Assembly: GCF_018350175.1 (NCBI RefSeq)
Contig: NC_058368.1
Coordinates: 14,386,001-14,450,000, forward strand
Source of the DNA: Felis catus
Taxonomy: Eukaryota
Direction: 5' to 3'
DNA: 64,000 nt
Below the pieces are notes generated by a model. It saw only the letters and a list, made by a program, of their open reading frames with translations, made no database searches and was not told where the DNA came from. Made by a program: the position numbers and the translations under genes. Below, one piece after another: positions 37,370 to 50,439 of this stretch (the first letter of the stretch is position 1; every line of letters begins with the position of its first letter).

Positions 37370-39300
37370 TTTCTACGCGTTTCTCTCTAACGATGACATT
37401 TACACTTTGTTGCGTTGATATGAAGTAACATGGATTGCAAGTGTGAGCAGATTACTTTTAATTGCTGTGGAAAAATGATACGTAATTGAAACAAAAAGCA
37501 TTGTTTCCAACCCTAATTTTTTTTTTTTTTTTCCTCAAGTCCGTCCTGTCAAGCTGAAAGCATGAAAGTTATTTTCTGGTGGTGTGATTAGATTGGGGCT
37601 GGACTCTCCAGCTGGCAGGCCTGTCTATGACTGGCGGCGGCCTGTCCCCAGTGCTTGTCATTTCCTGACATGCCTGACAGGATGGGGACAGCCGCCCCAG
37701 ACAGGTTCATTAGATGGTGTTTTCTACAGCTGGGCTAAAAATAAATAAATAAATAAAAAGTCTGTGCTTTGTCAAGGCCCAAGCTGTAGGGGCCCTTCTT
37801 GTTGGTTTAAGCCAGGGCCTTGTTTTGACAAATTTTGATCTGTGCGGTTTTTAGATTTTCTGACACATTTTTGTTTCCTTCCCCTTTGGCCTGCACTTTG
37901 TGCACCCTGCCTTGTTGCTGCTTCAAAATCCTAACATAGTCTTCCCAAGAGAGAAAAGAACCACAGGTATTGAGATCTTAAAAGGAAAAAATAGTGCGAT
38001 GCTCTATAAAATAGCAATAATTTATTTCCATGGTGATCTGCACAATGATAGGAAAAACAATCTTGGGACTTGGGATAAGCCAATTACAAGAAAGGTTAAG
38101 AGTTTTTCCACTGCCAGAAACATGCCATCTATGTGAGAACATAGTATCATTACTAGCAGTCTACACTCTCAAATGCATTGCTCTTTAGAACTGCCAGAAA
38201 TTTAAGCAATCTTCATCCTTGGGCTTTTAGGAAGCTGACAGAGTTTTCTGCCCGTGCTGATAGGCTTTGATGTCAGGAAGGGAAATTATAGCAGATTACA
38301 GAATACCTGCTAATTAAAATCAGAAATAAATTCCAAATTCAAATTTAGAAATGTTTTTCCTTGTCAACGCTGGGGACACTTTTAAGGTTAACTGGACTTG
38401 ACAAAAATCGGTGTGCATTTGAAATGTACATGCGTAACCGAGTCGTAATTTATCATGTTCATTCCCACATTTAAACTTTTAAAACTGTAGGGCTAGAAAG
38501 GGAAAAAACAAATCTGTAGCCAAGAAATTATTCTTTCCGGGTTGTACCTGCGATTAAAAAGTACATATTGACATCTTTACTTTATAAACTTACTAGCCAT
38601 AGCCTCTTTACTATGGTAGTTTCGGATTGCTATTTTCCGTTGGGAGAAACATTTGATCTTTAATTTTTAGCCAGTAGAACATACCCAAATAGAAAACATT
38701 TGACCGTATATGTTGATGTAACCTTATTGCTACTGTTATCTATCTTTCCATTCACATGCAAGATACAAAATGCAATACTGTTTGTGTCTCTTGTACGTTG
38801 TCACTGGTGTAATAAACAGTGTTGCAGAAAAAAGCGAGCTCCTCATTCACAGAAATCTTAGCCCTTACCTTTCCTTTGTATTGTTAGTTTCTGCTGCTTT
38901 AGTTCCCCGTCTCTATGACAACTGTTTAAATTGGGATGGGCAACTGTCATCTGGAGCATTACCGAGAGAAAAGTGTTAGTGAGCACACAGTTCCCATAGA
39001 TAGAGCATTTCAATATAATCCAATTTTAATTGAGCTCCAGAGACTTTGATGTGCTGCAGAAGGTTGGGAGGGAGCTATTCCAGGGAGAAATTAAAGCAGC
39101 CCAGCAAGGCTTCTCTACTCCAGACTGTCACCATTTTAAGTAAGCATTAGCATCAGACTTAACCTGCCCCTATGGAACATCTCACTTCCTTCTTCAGCTT
39201 TCCACTGATTCATTTTGCCGTATGTAAAAGCAAACCACTTTCATCTCTTTATATATGTTTTTACACCCATTTGATTAGGCTTCAAAAGCTTGTACTGGAC
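37370..39300. promoter_or_regulatory. Repeat-free island; candidate enhancer region containing an inverted repeat
   Basis: No recognisable TE. Contains TGATTAGAT, many TGACA/TGTCA, CTTTGAT, CTAATTA, GGCGGC/GCCGCC and GTCT/AGAC motifs. Confidence 0.5.
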
Positions 39301-40039
39301 CTGAGATTCATCTTACGCTGTCTATTGGACTTTGCTTCCGTGGTTCATAAAAGAAAAAGAAGGTAGAGTAGGGATTACTTTGAAATTGTCAGCTACCATA
39401 TATTAAACTTTCCTTTTAATATTGCTGTGTAAAACCCTATATTGGAGCTAAAAAGTTGAAGGTAGTGTAATTTTTATTTAGCTTTGATTTACCATTGAAT
39501 TTCATTTTAATGCCTAGATGCTTGTGCATTTATGAGAAGCTTGGATTTTTATTTCAAAATGCATTGAGATATCCTTTCTTCATCACATGAAAAATGCCTT
39601 TCAGGCAAAGCTACTCTAAAGCAGCTGAACACAGGCACATCAGTCCTTCATGAAGAAAGCAGGAATCTTTTTTTTTTTTTAATGAGGAGGAAAATGGATA
39701 TTTCCCATCTATATTGAAAGATCTTTTTAAGTATTTTGAAATATTAACGTTGAATATACACTAGGCATTTTATTTATAGTAAAATGACATAAAACCACAA
39801 TGTAAACTTAAAAAATTAAGTGAACACTAAATACAATGCTTGTGATGTTAAAAAGCTTTGTTACAGGTATGGTAAACTTAAGGAAGTTATTACCTGTTCA
39901 TGATAGACCTGAGATTTCTAATCTTATATATATTGGCACATTTACAACAATAAATTAAAAATGCATGTTGAGAAATTAAGTAAAATTGTGACCGTAATTA
40001 GAAATTAGTGTATCCACCGTCATAGATACATCTAGATTT

Positions 40040-40330
40040 ACTTGTGCATTTACTGTAAAGCTAATGAAGCTTAGGCACCAGGGTCCTTTGGTCCACAGAG
40101 CCTGTGACAGATGGAAGTTTCTGAGAAACTGTGTAGTAGGCTCAGTTCACTCAACTGTTGTAAGAGATCTCAGAAGTAAACAAGCTTAATGTCCAAAGCT
40201 CTAGTATTTGTTGTGATTTTTCTTTTCTCATTCTAAGTTTTCACTTACATAACATACCAAATTTTTATTTGTAACTTTGTGTTCTTTTTCTTGAAAAAGG
40301 CATCCCCAAGAATGTAAGCTTATTCCATAC
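40040..40330. mobile_element. hAT-Tip100-like DNA transposon remnant (MER115/Zaphod-like)
   Basis: atttactgtaaagctaatgaagctta...agggtcc resembles the recalled terminus. Confidence 0.45.
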
Positions 40331-40399
40331 TGTATTTACTTTATTGAATTACACCCCTCCCCCCATCCGCTTCCCTCCCTCTCCCCCATTGGTTGGCAT

Positions 40400-40780
40400 T
40401 TCCTTCCCATTTTTTTTTTTATTATTATAAGCAATACTGCAGTGAAGAATCTAGTACTACTTAATCTTGCTTCATCTTGCACGGGGTAAATTCTAAGAAA
40501 TGAAATTACCGGGTCAAGGATATATGTATTTGAAATTTTGATAGATAATGCCAAATTTTTCTCGTTATAAGTTATACTAATTTATGCTCCCACCAGCAAT
40601 GTAGTGAGTGACTATTTTCCCCACAGCAAGCTCAGTATTATTAAACTTTTAGAATTTTGCCAATCTCCTAGATAAAAATAGTATGTCTGTATCTCCATAT
40701 AGTTTTAATTCTTCTATAGGTAAAGTTAATTATGTTTGTAATCAACAAAGAGCTATTTGTACAGTGTTTTCTGGGATTAT
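40400..40780 (-). mobile_element. Ancient L1ME-like fragment
   Basis: aaattctaagaaatgaaattaccgggtcaagg...aatgccaaatt...ctcccaccagcaatgta. Confidence 0.7.
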
Positions 40781-40785
40781 CTGAC

Positions 40786-41013
40786 TTTTTTTAATGTGTA
40801 TTTTTTTTTTGAGAGAGGGAGAGAGAGAGAAAGAGAGAACACAAGCAAGTGGGGAGGAGCAGAGAGACAGAGGGGGAGGGAGAGAATCCCAAGCAGGCTC
40901 CAAACTGCCAGTGCAGAGCCCAACATGGGGCTCGATCTCATGAACCGTGAGATCATGACCTGAGCCAAAATCAAGAGTCAGACGCTCAACTAACTGAGCC
41001 ACCCGGGTGCCCC
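40786..41013 (-). mobile_element. Can-SINE
   Basis: Typical antisense body. Confidence 0.93.
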
Positions 41014-44000
41014 TGCTTCACTTTTTTTTAAGCAAAATTGTACTGTTGTCCTAATGTCTATAGGAGGCAATTATTATCAGTTGTCTCAGGTATGTGTTTG
41101 TCTCAGGTACAGTTTGTCTCAGGTATGTGTTTTTGTGTATTAGACATCATATAAACTTATATATTATGAAAATTATATACATGTATGTATCTCCTCTTTT
41201 CTCTATTTACCATCTAGACTAAACTGTTTTTCCTCTATGGAATGTCCTCCCAAATTTCAGTGGCACCAGTTGTAAGAGTAAGAATCTTTTAAATTTATCT
41301 ACCTACCCAATAAGAATTGTCCTGCTGTATTAATACATCATGGTATATTTACTATATAGAATTACATACTACAAGGGCCACTGCTTTGTAAATTAGTCTG
41401 CTATGTGGATGTCTCTGGTTTACAGTTTTATTTCTTTACTCAGACTTGAATACTGGAGAAACATATAGTGGAGTTCCGTAGAGCTACACACACAAGTTGC
41501 GTGCCGGACATGATGCCCAGTGCCAGGGAAATCATTCATTGTCAATACGGGGTTAAGACTGAGACTTATAAATCCTCTATCTCTGGAGAAAATAATATTA
41601 TTAGGTTTACTTATTAGTGGAGAGCAGAACTTTGAGAAATTAGGTATTTAATGGATTTATATGTTATTCACTGGCTATCATTTCTTTAAGGTCATCCAGT
41701 GTAGGTAGGTTGATTGTTGTTGTTGTTGTTAACACATTTTATTTGCACAAATTCATGTTTATATGGGTGATAATGAGCATAGTGATTGCTTTCTGTTTAG
41801 TCTGAGCTGAACCTCTGACTTTTTTCCCCAATACTCATCTGCCAGTAACCCTAAACCTAGAATCCAGTGACTGAGCACCATTCTCTCAGTCACTGGAGCC
41901 AGAAACCCTTGCAAAGATTTGATTCCTTTCATTTCTTTATGTCGGCATAAAATGAAATGAAAACACACAGGTCTTATTAATTCTGCCCCATAACTATGTT
42001 TACTCTCTTTCCCCTCCTCTTCCTCTCTTCAGCAATTGTCTTAGATTAGACTTCCTTTACTTCCCACTGGCATGGTTCAAACTCCCAATTTAGCATCCTT
42101 CCAAATCCTTCTCGCCACTTCTAGAACAGTCTTTCTAAAATGCAGATTTAATGCTACAACTACACTCCTTTCAAGTGGTCTCAGTGGCATCACACTTATC
42201 ATTAGAGCTACTATTTATTGAGAGCTAAGTTTAAAATCAATGTCTCCATTAATCCTTTCTGCAGTAAATGCTCTGGAGAGCCTCTTGCCTCCATAGAAAA
42301 TAGATAGATGACCATATAGAAAGATGACCTCTGGTACTTATACTGGAGACACCTATTAGACACAGTGACCTATTTAATGTTTTGTTTCGTTTTGTTTTGT
42401 TTTTTTAGCAACCCAGTAAAATCGAATTCTTATATCACTCGATTATCAAGGCTTTCCATAAAGAGAAAGTATGTGCTGTGTAAAAGAAGGGGCCATCTTT
42501 CTCTTGTTCACTGGTGTATTTCCATCACCTAGCACAACATCTGGAACCTAGTAGGTGCTGACTAAATTGTTCTCTGATGAATAAATGATATGTGATGCTA
42601 ACAGCCTTGCCTGGGGACAGAGTACTTGCTCATGATGTTCAAATGAAACATAGAAAAGGAAAATTCTCAGCAAAATAGTATTCTGCTGCAAATAGCTTTA
42701 CAACCAAAGAGTGTAAAGTAAACAGTAGAAGCAAGTCTTAGAACATTATAGTAATAAAGAAGAAACTTTGCGGGGAGGGTGATACCTAACCCTAGAATTA
42801 CTATTTTCATTGCCTTTACAAGTTGGGAGACCTCTAAACCCTCTTATTGCCCCCCCCCCCGAATTATATATATTTGTGTGACATTCATGTACAAACAAGG
42901 GGTGTTTACTGAGCTGTTTACATTTAAATTGAGTTGTATTTCTTGAAGAGCTATTAGTTATCCTGTAATACAGAAAACAGAGAGTAGAAGTAAAAATACC
43001 ACAGGAAGTTCGGTAGCTGAAATGTCTCTAGCTGAAGCAGTAAGAAAAAAATTTTTTTAAGATTAAACTTCAAACACAGCAGACAGAACACTCCAAGACA
43101 TCTAGTACAAACTCTTGGAAACGACCAGAAGCACTGGGAGATGCAGAAGCAGAGTTTGGATCAGAGAATGATGTACAGTGGAGAGGGACCTGAGCCAAGG
43201 CCACAGCAGGGACTTGTTCTCATCACCCCTGACTGTTTCACGAAGGTCCTGGTGGGGAAGGATCATGAGTTCATTCGTTCAACACACTGACGTAGCCTAC
43301 CTTTGTACCAACCTCTCCACTAGACACTGTATGTGTTATTTCACTTAATACAACAACTCAGTAAGGTGGATACGATCATTCTTCTCTTATGTAAGTGGAA
43401 ACTGTCTCCGTTATGTGAAGGAACATTCTCAAGTTACACAGTTCTGAAGTGGTTGCATCAGACTTCAGTCTGTCTGTCATCCTCTAAAATCCAAGTTCTT
43501 TCTGCTCCGGTCTGACATACAGATTTATAAAAAATTATAGTCCACCAGACTAAGTGCTAATAAACTACATACTTTTTGGTACATACTGGTAGTGTGAGAA
43601 AATGTTTCAGGGGTAACACCAATACTGTGGTGGCAGATACACATGACTATAACCTCCAATCTAAAGGGCTTCCCGAATACAAATTCCCTACGTAAAGCAG
43701 GTTTCATTCTATAGCTGCTCTTTGGGAGACAATGATTCTCCAAGAGTTCCAGTTTTGAAAAAGAAAAATTCTCATGAACCCCAGTGATGCACCTGTGAGT
43801 CCCCAAGAGTACTCAGGTTTTCAAGGGAAAACATACTTATAAACTCTGCACTTACATTTTATGAAAATAGCTGTAGGTGGCTAATTATCGCTGCAAAAGA
43901 AGTCTTTAAAACTTGAAAATAAGTCACATTCATATTGTGTTTCTTGTCCCTGATGAGCCTTGTACCTATGTGACAGATAGATACATGATAAATGGTAAAT

Positions 44001-44190
44001 GTCTTTTGAGGAAACGCTTTTCTGAGCAGTAAGCTTAATAGGACTTGATCAGGAAGACAAGGAAGGAAAGCTATTCTAGAACACATACAAAGTATGGAAA
44101 TGTTTAATGTTTGCATATTTTTTTAAAATTTTAATATATTTTTTAGAACTGTTTGGGTTTATAGATGCTTGAACAGACAGTACAGAGTTT

Positions 44191-44191
<1 letters not shown>

Positions 44192-44232
<41 letters not shown>
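44192..44232. repeat. (GT)n microsatellite
   Basis: About 20 units. Confidence 0.97.
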
Positions 44233-44233
<1 letters not shown>

Positions 44234-44294
44234 TATTAGTCAGGCTTTTTCCTTCTTCAAAGAACAGACATTAAGGTTACATCAGACAATACGA

Positions 44295-44790
44295 GTTTGT
44301 TTCAGAAAACTTTGGGCTGCAAGTAATACAAACCCTAATTCCAACAGTTTTATAGATTTGTATGTATTGTGTATGCATTATAAAATATCAAGTCCTGAAT
44401 TGTACCGGTCTCCAGGGTTGATTGCTTTAGCTATCTCTGTATATTTTCCAGAACCCAGGCTCATTCCCCATCTCCATTCTGTCACCCTTGGTTTGTCCTC
44501 ATTCTCAAATTCAGAGCAGCGTGGGCTTTAACATTTCCCCAAATCCATGTAAGCCCAGGAATATTCACAGGAAGGAGAAAGTACCTCTTCCATTGGTTTC
44601 CTCTTAAATCTGAGGGCATTTTTACGAACTTAATCTACCCCTGGGACTGACCATGGGGTCAGTGTGCCCTGACTCGGAAGTGCACAGAAGAGAAGCCAAT
44701 AACCGAACACAGTCAGGGTTCTGTTGATCAGGAAAGTGGAGGGCGGGGGAGGCAGGAGTGGATTCCGAATGGGGCAGCCATAGTGTCTAT
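44295..44790. mobile_element. Old MaLR (MLT1-like) LTR
   Basis: gggctgcaagtaatacaaaccc start and agtcagggttctgttgatcaggaa end. Confidence 0.5.
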
Positions 44791-44994
44791 TCCAGAGTTT
44801 TTATCGTAGGAGAGCATGGTAATGTACAAATGGCAAATTCTTATCAGGCCTTCTGAAAAACTGGAATTTCATCCAAGTTCCCTGACCCGTTTTTTTTTTT
44901 TTAATGAACCTCCATTACATTACATCCATTAACATTACAGCTCCAGTTACTCTGTATCTTTATCTTTTTGCTACCACAGACAAAGTGACTTTAA

Positions 44995-45440
44995 ATATAC
45001 CTTTAATGCAGTCACTCAACAAATTATTTACTGAGCTTTGCAATGGGACAGGCACTACACCAAGCGGTAGAGATACAGTAATAAGTAGAAACAAATGGTC
45101 AAAGAGTGGGGGAGATTACGTTAATAAAATAAATAAACAAATTTGCAAAATTATATTTGTGTTAAGTGCTGGAAAGAGAACTTCTCTCATATACGGTGTT
45201 ATGAGACTCTGTGATGGTGGGGGAGGTTACCTAGCAAGAGAGGGCAGCTGAGAAAATAAAAAGTAAAGAGAGCTCAAGGATGAGTAGAAGTGAAGTAGGC
45301 AAATAGGGGATGGAAGATATTTCCAGAGAAGAAAGAATATGTGCATTGGCCCTGTGACAGGAGACAACATGGTATGGATAAGATATTGAAAGAAGACCGG
45401 TGGGGCTGGAGCCAGGAGAGCAAAGTGGTACCAGATGTGG
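44995..45440 (-). mobile_element. L2 3' end
   Basis: cagtcactcaacaaattatttactgagc...caggcact...gatacagta (L2 terminus). Confidence 0.7.
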
Positions 45441-45890
45441 ACGGTGCAGGAGATTGTTACATCTACCACTAGACCCATCTTTTTTGGTCTTGGCTTCTGC
45501 TTCCTCAAAATTCCTGCTGCTCATGATTTCTGGTGACTGCTTTCTCTGCCTTTTGGCTTCCTCCCGCCTTCCTGTTAGAGTTGTCTCTGAATATCTCACA
45601 TTCAGATCATTAAGACAGATTATTGAATGGTGTCAGCCAGTCAGCATTCGTGATAGTGTGATTCTGATGGACAGATGGGATTTTTACAGCCACTAGCTGT
45701 GGCCATCCTACTTAGATAAACTACTTTATAGTGGTTGTCTATCCTGGTCCAGTCCACTTTGGCCCAGAGTTGCGGGGTCACAGGTAACCAACATGCTAAA
45801 AAAGGAACTCTTCAGGAGGGAGTACCTTTCGTCCTGTCCCAATACATCATGAATTGGGAATCAACTCTGAACTGTCTTGAAATGACTGCT

Positions 45891-46187
45891 TTTTATTTTT
45901 TTTTTCGTTTTTACACTTTTTTTTGTTTTTTTTCAATATATGAAGTTTATTGTCAAACTGGTGTCCCTACAACACCCAGTGCTCATCCCAAAAGGTGCCC
46001 TCCTCAATGCCCATCACCCACCCTCCCCTCCCTCCCACCCCCCATCAACCCTCAGTTTGTTCTCAGTTTTTAAAAGTCTCTTATGCTTTGGCTCTCTCCC
46101 ACTCTAACCTCTTTTTTTTTTCCTTCCCCTCCCTCATGGGTTTCTGTTAAGTTTCTCAGGATCCACATAAGAGTGAAACCATATAGG
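45891..46187 (-). mobile_element. 5'-truncated young felid L1 (3' UTR only)
   Basis: Poly(T) tail, gtttattgtcaaactgg, caacacccagtgctcatccc, gatccacataagagtgaaaccata; TSD gactgcttttta on both sides. Confidence 0.92.
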
Positions 46188-48599
46188 ACTGCTTTTTAAT
46201 TAATATAAACCGTATAAATTATAACTTTTCTACACATGTGTGTTAATAAATATTGATCAACAAAGACATTTATAATTAATTACTACTATTAAATTATTGC
46301 TGTGGGCTGGGCTCTGTGCTAAGTATGGAAAATGCAGAGATGAACTGAGAATTTTTGCCCTCAGTGAGCCCACAGGTTAGCAAGAGACACCAACAAGTAA
46401 ACTGATAATTGCAATAATGGTTTGGTAAGTGTCATAGGTAGGTCCAGGGTTCCCAGAGGGAGCAGCAGCCTCTTCTAGTCCAGTCATTAATAGGAGCTAA
46501 TCAGAAGAACAAAATAGGGAGACATCTACCAGACGGAAGAAATACCATGTGCAAGGACACAGAAGTATAACAGAACATGACACATTTGGGGGCTGAAAAG
46601 TGTTCAGGATGGTCAGGATCTTAAGAACTAGGCATAATGCACATTGTGGCTCAATATGGGGTTTGATACTACCATTAATAAGAGTAGTTCACACTTATTA
46701 AATATCTACTGTGTACCATAAGTATATATACCTTATATAAATAAACTCTATTATAAAAAATTTGAAAACAAAAATTTAAAAATTAAAATTAAAAAAATTA
46801 AAAATTTTTAAAATAAAAATCTTTTAATGTGTTAAAAGATTTCTCTCATAACAACATCATTAGATCTCCAGTCAAAAGCAATTCCCCTTTATATCTACTC
46901 TGTAGGTTAGGAATGATTCATTTCCCTATTGCAACAATGACCGCAAATGCCCCATCTAATCTTGTGTCATTTCTGACTGCACCTAAAACTTGACTATGAA
47001 ATATTTTCAAAAAGGGAAAACAATGTGTGCTGACAATTAATAGTATCCACAGATCAGACCCTATTACAAAAAAAGGTTCAAAGAAAAACCTGTAACCCAG
47101 AAATCCAAATGATCTCATATAGAAGAAAATAAAGCCAAAACAGGAGATGCATACATATAACTAGTTTAGAACTTGACATCATACAAAACAGTACAAAGGA
47201 AGGTAACATATTCAGTATGTAAATGAAAGTAAATTCTAGAAACCAGAAATAAGCTTCTTTCCAGTAGTGTAGAGTTCTCCCTCCCCCTACCGCATTCCTC
47301 CCCTTTGTTAGCAGAGGGACAAATACAAAATTTTAGAGTTTGCCAAATTTGAGAAAATGAGAAAACACAGCCAAATATATAATAGTTACACATGGGGACA
47401 TTCATGAATAGGACAAAAATGAAGCAACCTTGCCAATACCATTTTTAATTTTGAGAATTTTACCATAATTTTGAGTGTGCGTTTGAAGATGAAGTAGGCA
47501 CAGAGGACTCCAGCTGCAAGCCCAAGTTTGTTTGAAAATTAAATTTTAAATACTTTCTTCAACAAAAATTGATTGAGTTTCCTCCATGTGCTGGTTCTGT
47601 AAGGAATATAAAATAGACTACAACCTAGTCTCTACCCTCAAGAAGTGTCCAACTGTTACAGAATGTATATAATAAAATAAGTGAATTTAAAAGCCTTTGC
47701 CATGATGTGTGATACTATTGGAGAGAATACAAATAATACTCTTTTGAAAGGGTTCATGGTTTTCTACTAATGACAATAAAACAGCATTTGCATAGACTAT
47801 TGGAACCACATCTACACTGAAGTCACAGCAGTGATTTTCAAGTGATTTTCAAATTTAATCATCTCACCTCTTTGTTTAACATAGGGACTCTCTGTTTTTC
47901 TCAGACCAAAAGTTCAGACTCCAACATGAATTACTTGATATTTCCCCATGTCTAGGTTCCCCACCCACCTTTTATTATTCTCATTCATTCATTCATTCAT
48001 TTATGTTTCACTTTCCTCCTCTTTATGATATGTGTTCCAGACAGCCTGGACCCATTCCCCAAGGCACCATTTTTACATACATCTTGTTCCTTCTGCTTGA
48101 GAACCTCTTCTTTCCCCCTTTTGCCCACTATTTGTGATTCTCCAGCAGACTACGAACTCCTTGAGGTGAAGGATTCTACCCCTCTTGTTTGCCATCAGCT
48201 CATGGAGGTCAATCGGTAGATATTCGCTGAATGAAAGTCACTGAAAATAAATACAGTTGATAAATGATGAGGACAGGTTTGGTAGAAAAGAGCTGGCCCA
48301 TGTTTAGATAGATAGAAAGATAGAATGGAAGAAGCCTTCTCAGAATTATCACTACTGACAATGAGAGTGGCAGCTGATGTCCCAAAGGGTTGGGCTTTCT
48401 CATTACAGCTTAGTAGTATGAGTTCAGATAATTTCTAGAATACAAACTGTCACTAAGGAAACAGTAGCTGTGACTATTAGTTTAGTAGAAGTTTATTTGC
48501 TGTGGTCCAGTTTTTCTCCTCCCTTGCTGGCAGTGTTGTATATGTGTGTCTGTGTGTCTGTGTATGTCTGTGTCTCATAGGTAAGAATTATAGTTCTAG

Positions 48600-48800
48600 G
48601 TTAACATATGTTTAGCACTTCCTATGTGCCATGCCCTGTCCTAAGCATTTTTACAAAGAGTTATTCCATTCAGTCCTCATAACCACCCTATGCAGTAAGG
48701 TATTATTATTTCCCCCAAATCTTAAGATAAGTAAAGAATTGAAAAGTAGCTAACTTGCCTCATGTCTCACAGCTTGTGAGTAATATAGGCAGAACCTAGG
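48600..48800 (-). mobile_element. MIR
   Basis: agcacttcctatgtgcca...cagtcctcataaccaccctatg...aacttgcctcatgtctcacagct. Confidence 0.8.
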
Positions 48801-48845
48801 GTGACTTTAAATTGAGGACAGGCAGTTTCCTTTTTAAAAAATAGT

Positions 48846-49033
48846 TACAAACAGAGAGAGGGAGGCAAACCACAAGAGACTCTTAAATACAGAGAACAAA
48901 TTGAGGGTTTTGGGGAGGTGTGGAGGAGAGGGGAAAGTGGATGATGAGCATTGAGGAGGGCACTTGTTGGGATGAGCACTGGGTGTTATGTAAGCCAATT
49001 TGACAATAAAGTATATTAAATAAATAAATAAAT
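48846..49033 (+). mobile_element. 5'-truncated felid L1 3' end
   Basis: agagagggaggcaaaccacaagagactctta...gggatgagcactgggtgtt...tttgacaataaa plus A-rich tail. Confidence 0.9.
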
Positions 49034-50439
49034 TGAGATAGGCACATAAATTGATGAATTACAGCAAAAAAAAAAAAAAAAACCAAGGTTATTAAATAAA
49101 AAACTCTCTGTGGATGGGCTGCCTAAATTTTCCCCTCTGGAGGATGTTTCTTGACCCTGCAGTTTTAATCCATATGCTGATAATGGCTGTGTGTATGAAA
49201 ACCTATAACCTCACAAGTATAGCAGTAATAGCGTAGATTGTTTCGTTTTCATTGAGAATGTATTTTCTGTAAATCCTCATCTTGCCAGCTTGATTTCTTG
49301 AGCACTTTTGTTGGGTTCACAGTTATGCCTCTTGCAGTTTTCCCTATTTTCAATTTCATATTACTCAATTATTTATTTCATCAAGATTAAGTATTTTCCA
49401 TAAAAATTTCCTAGGGTTTGATTCAGTGATCAATTTTTCAGTCTATATTAGATTTTACTGATTATGGTGCTTGCCCTTGACAGTTTTATTTTTAATTCAT
49501 TATTAATTGAACAAAAGGCCAAAGTGAGACTTTTGTATCAGCTCTTTGAGGATTTCTTTATTGTGCAAGGCTGGTCTATCGCAATTGTCCCCTAACTTTT
49601 TTTTTTAACCTATGCTGCAAAAAATAATTTAATAAAACTATATACAACCCAATATTGTATGTCAACCATACTTCAATATAAAAACAAAACTGTTTGCCAC
49701 CCTGCACAGGTTTAAGTTCACGTCTAAAATTTTTCTTAAGTTCAAATATTTTTAAAAGCTGTAATATCCAGCATGTTCTAAATATTGATAGTTTAAAGTA
49801 AAATTGTTATGTCATTGTTCCATGAAAGGGAGATCTATACTAAATGACTTCCAAAGGCCAAAGACGCCATAAGACTGAGGAAGAAGACCAACAACCCCAG
49901 CTTGATGAGAAATGGTTTGTTTAGGAGACTTAACCGAGACTGTCTTGGGCAGCTGCAAGAGAAGTACATCTCCTGCAGCCCCACATCCCTGTAAAACCTG
50001 CTTTTAAGCTGTGGAGGCTGGAAGTACATGGTGAGGGGCTACCCAGGAGAACGTTCAGGAATATGTGTGTGTGTCATACCTACCCCTTTATCTGGGGCAG
50101 ATCAAGAATGTTACGCCCCTGAGAGTAGACTTAAGGGTGTGGTTAAACAAAAGGAAGGAATGGGGGGGGGGGGGCGGGGTGCTGTGCTCATGAAGTTTCC
50201 CATCACAGAATGGTCATCTTGGGGAATTTCTCCAAGATGGTCGGTCTGGTTCACAAAATCCCTTTTCAGATATATTCAGTAGGATCAAATATATCCAATT
50301 GAATAGTGATTTGATTTCTGTCATCACCCATTTTAAATCTTTTTTCAAATGTATATTTCATGTAATTCCTCTTTCTCTGAACTCATATTTCCATTTGATT
50401 CCCTCCCCAAAATTTACCTAATCTAAAATATCTTATTCT

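Noticed and set aside
4596..39872. Additional AG|GT juxtapositions (near 4611, 27353, 33488, 39866)
   Set aside because: The donor halves are weak (gtgtgt, gtatat, gtacca, gtatgg) and consistent with background frequency.
21322..41131. CRISPR-like or prokaryotic repeat arrays (19-bp and 17-bp units)
   Set aside because: The units are directly tandem without unique spacers, there are no cas genes, and the context is mammalian.
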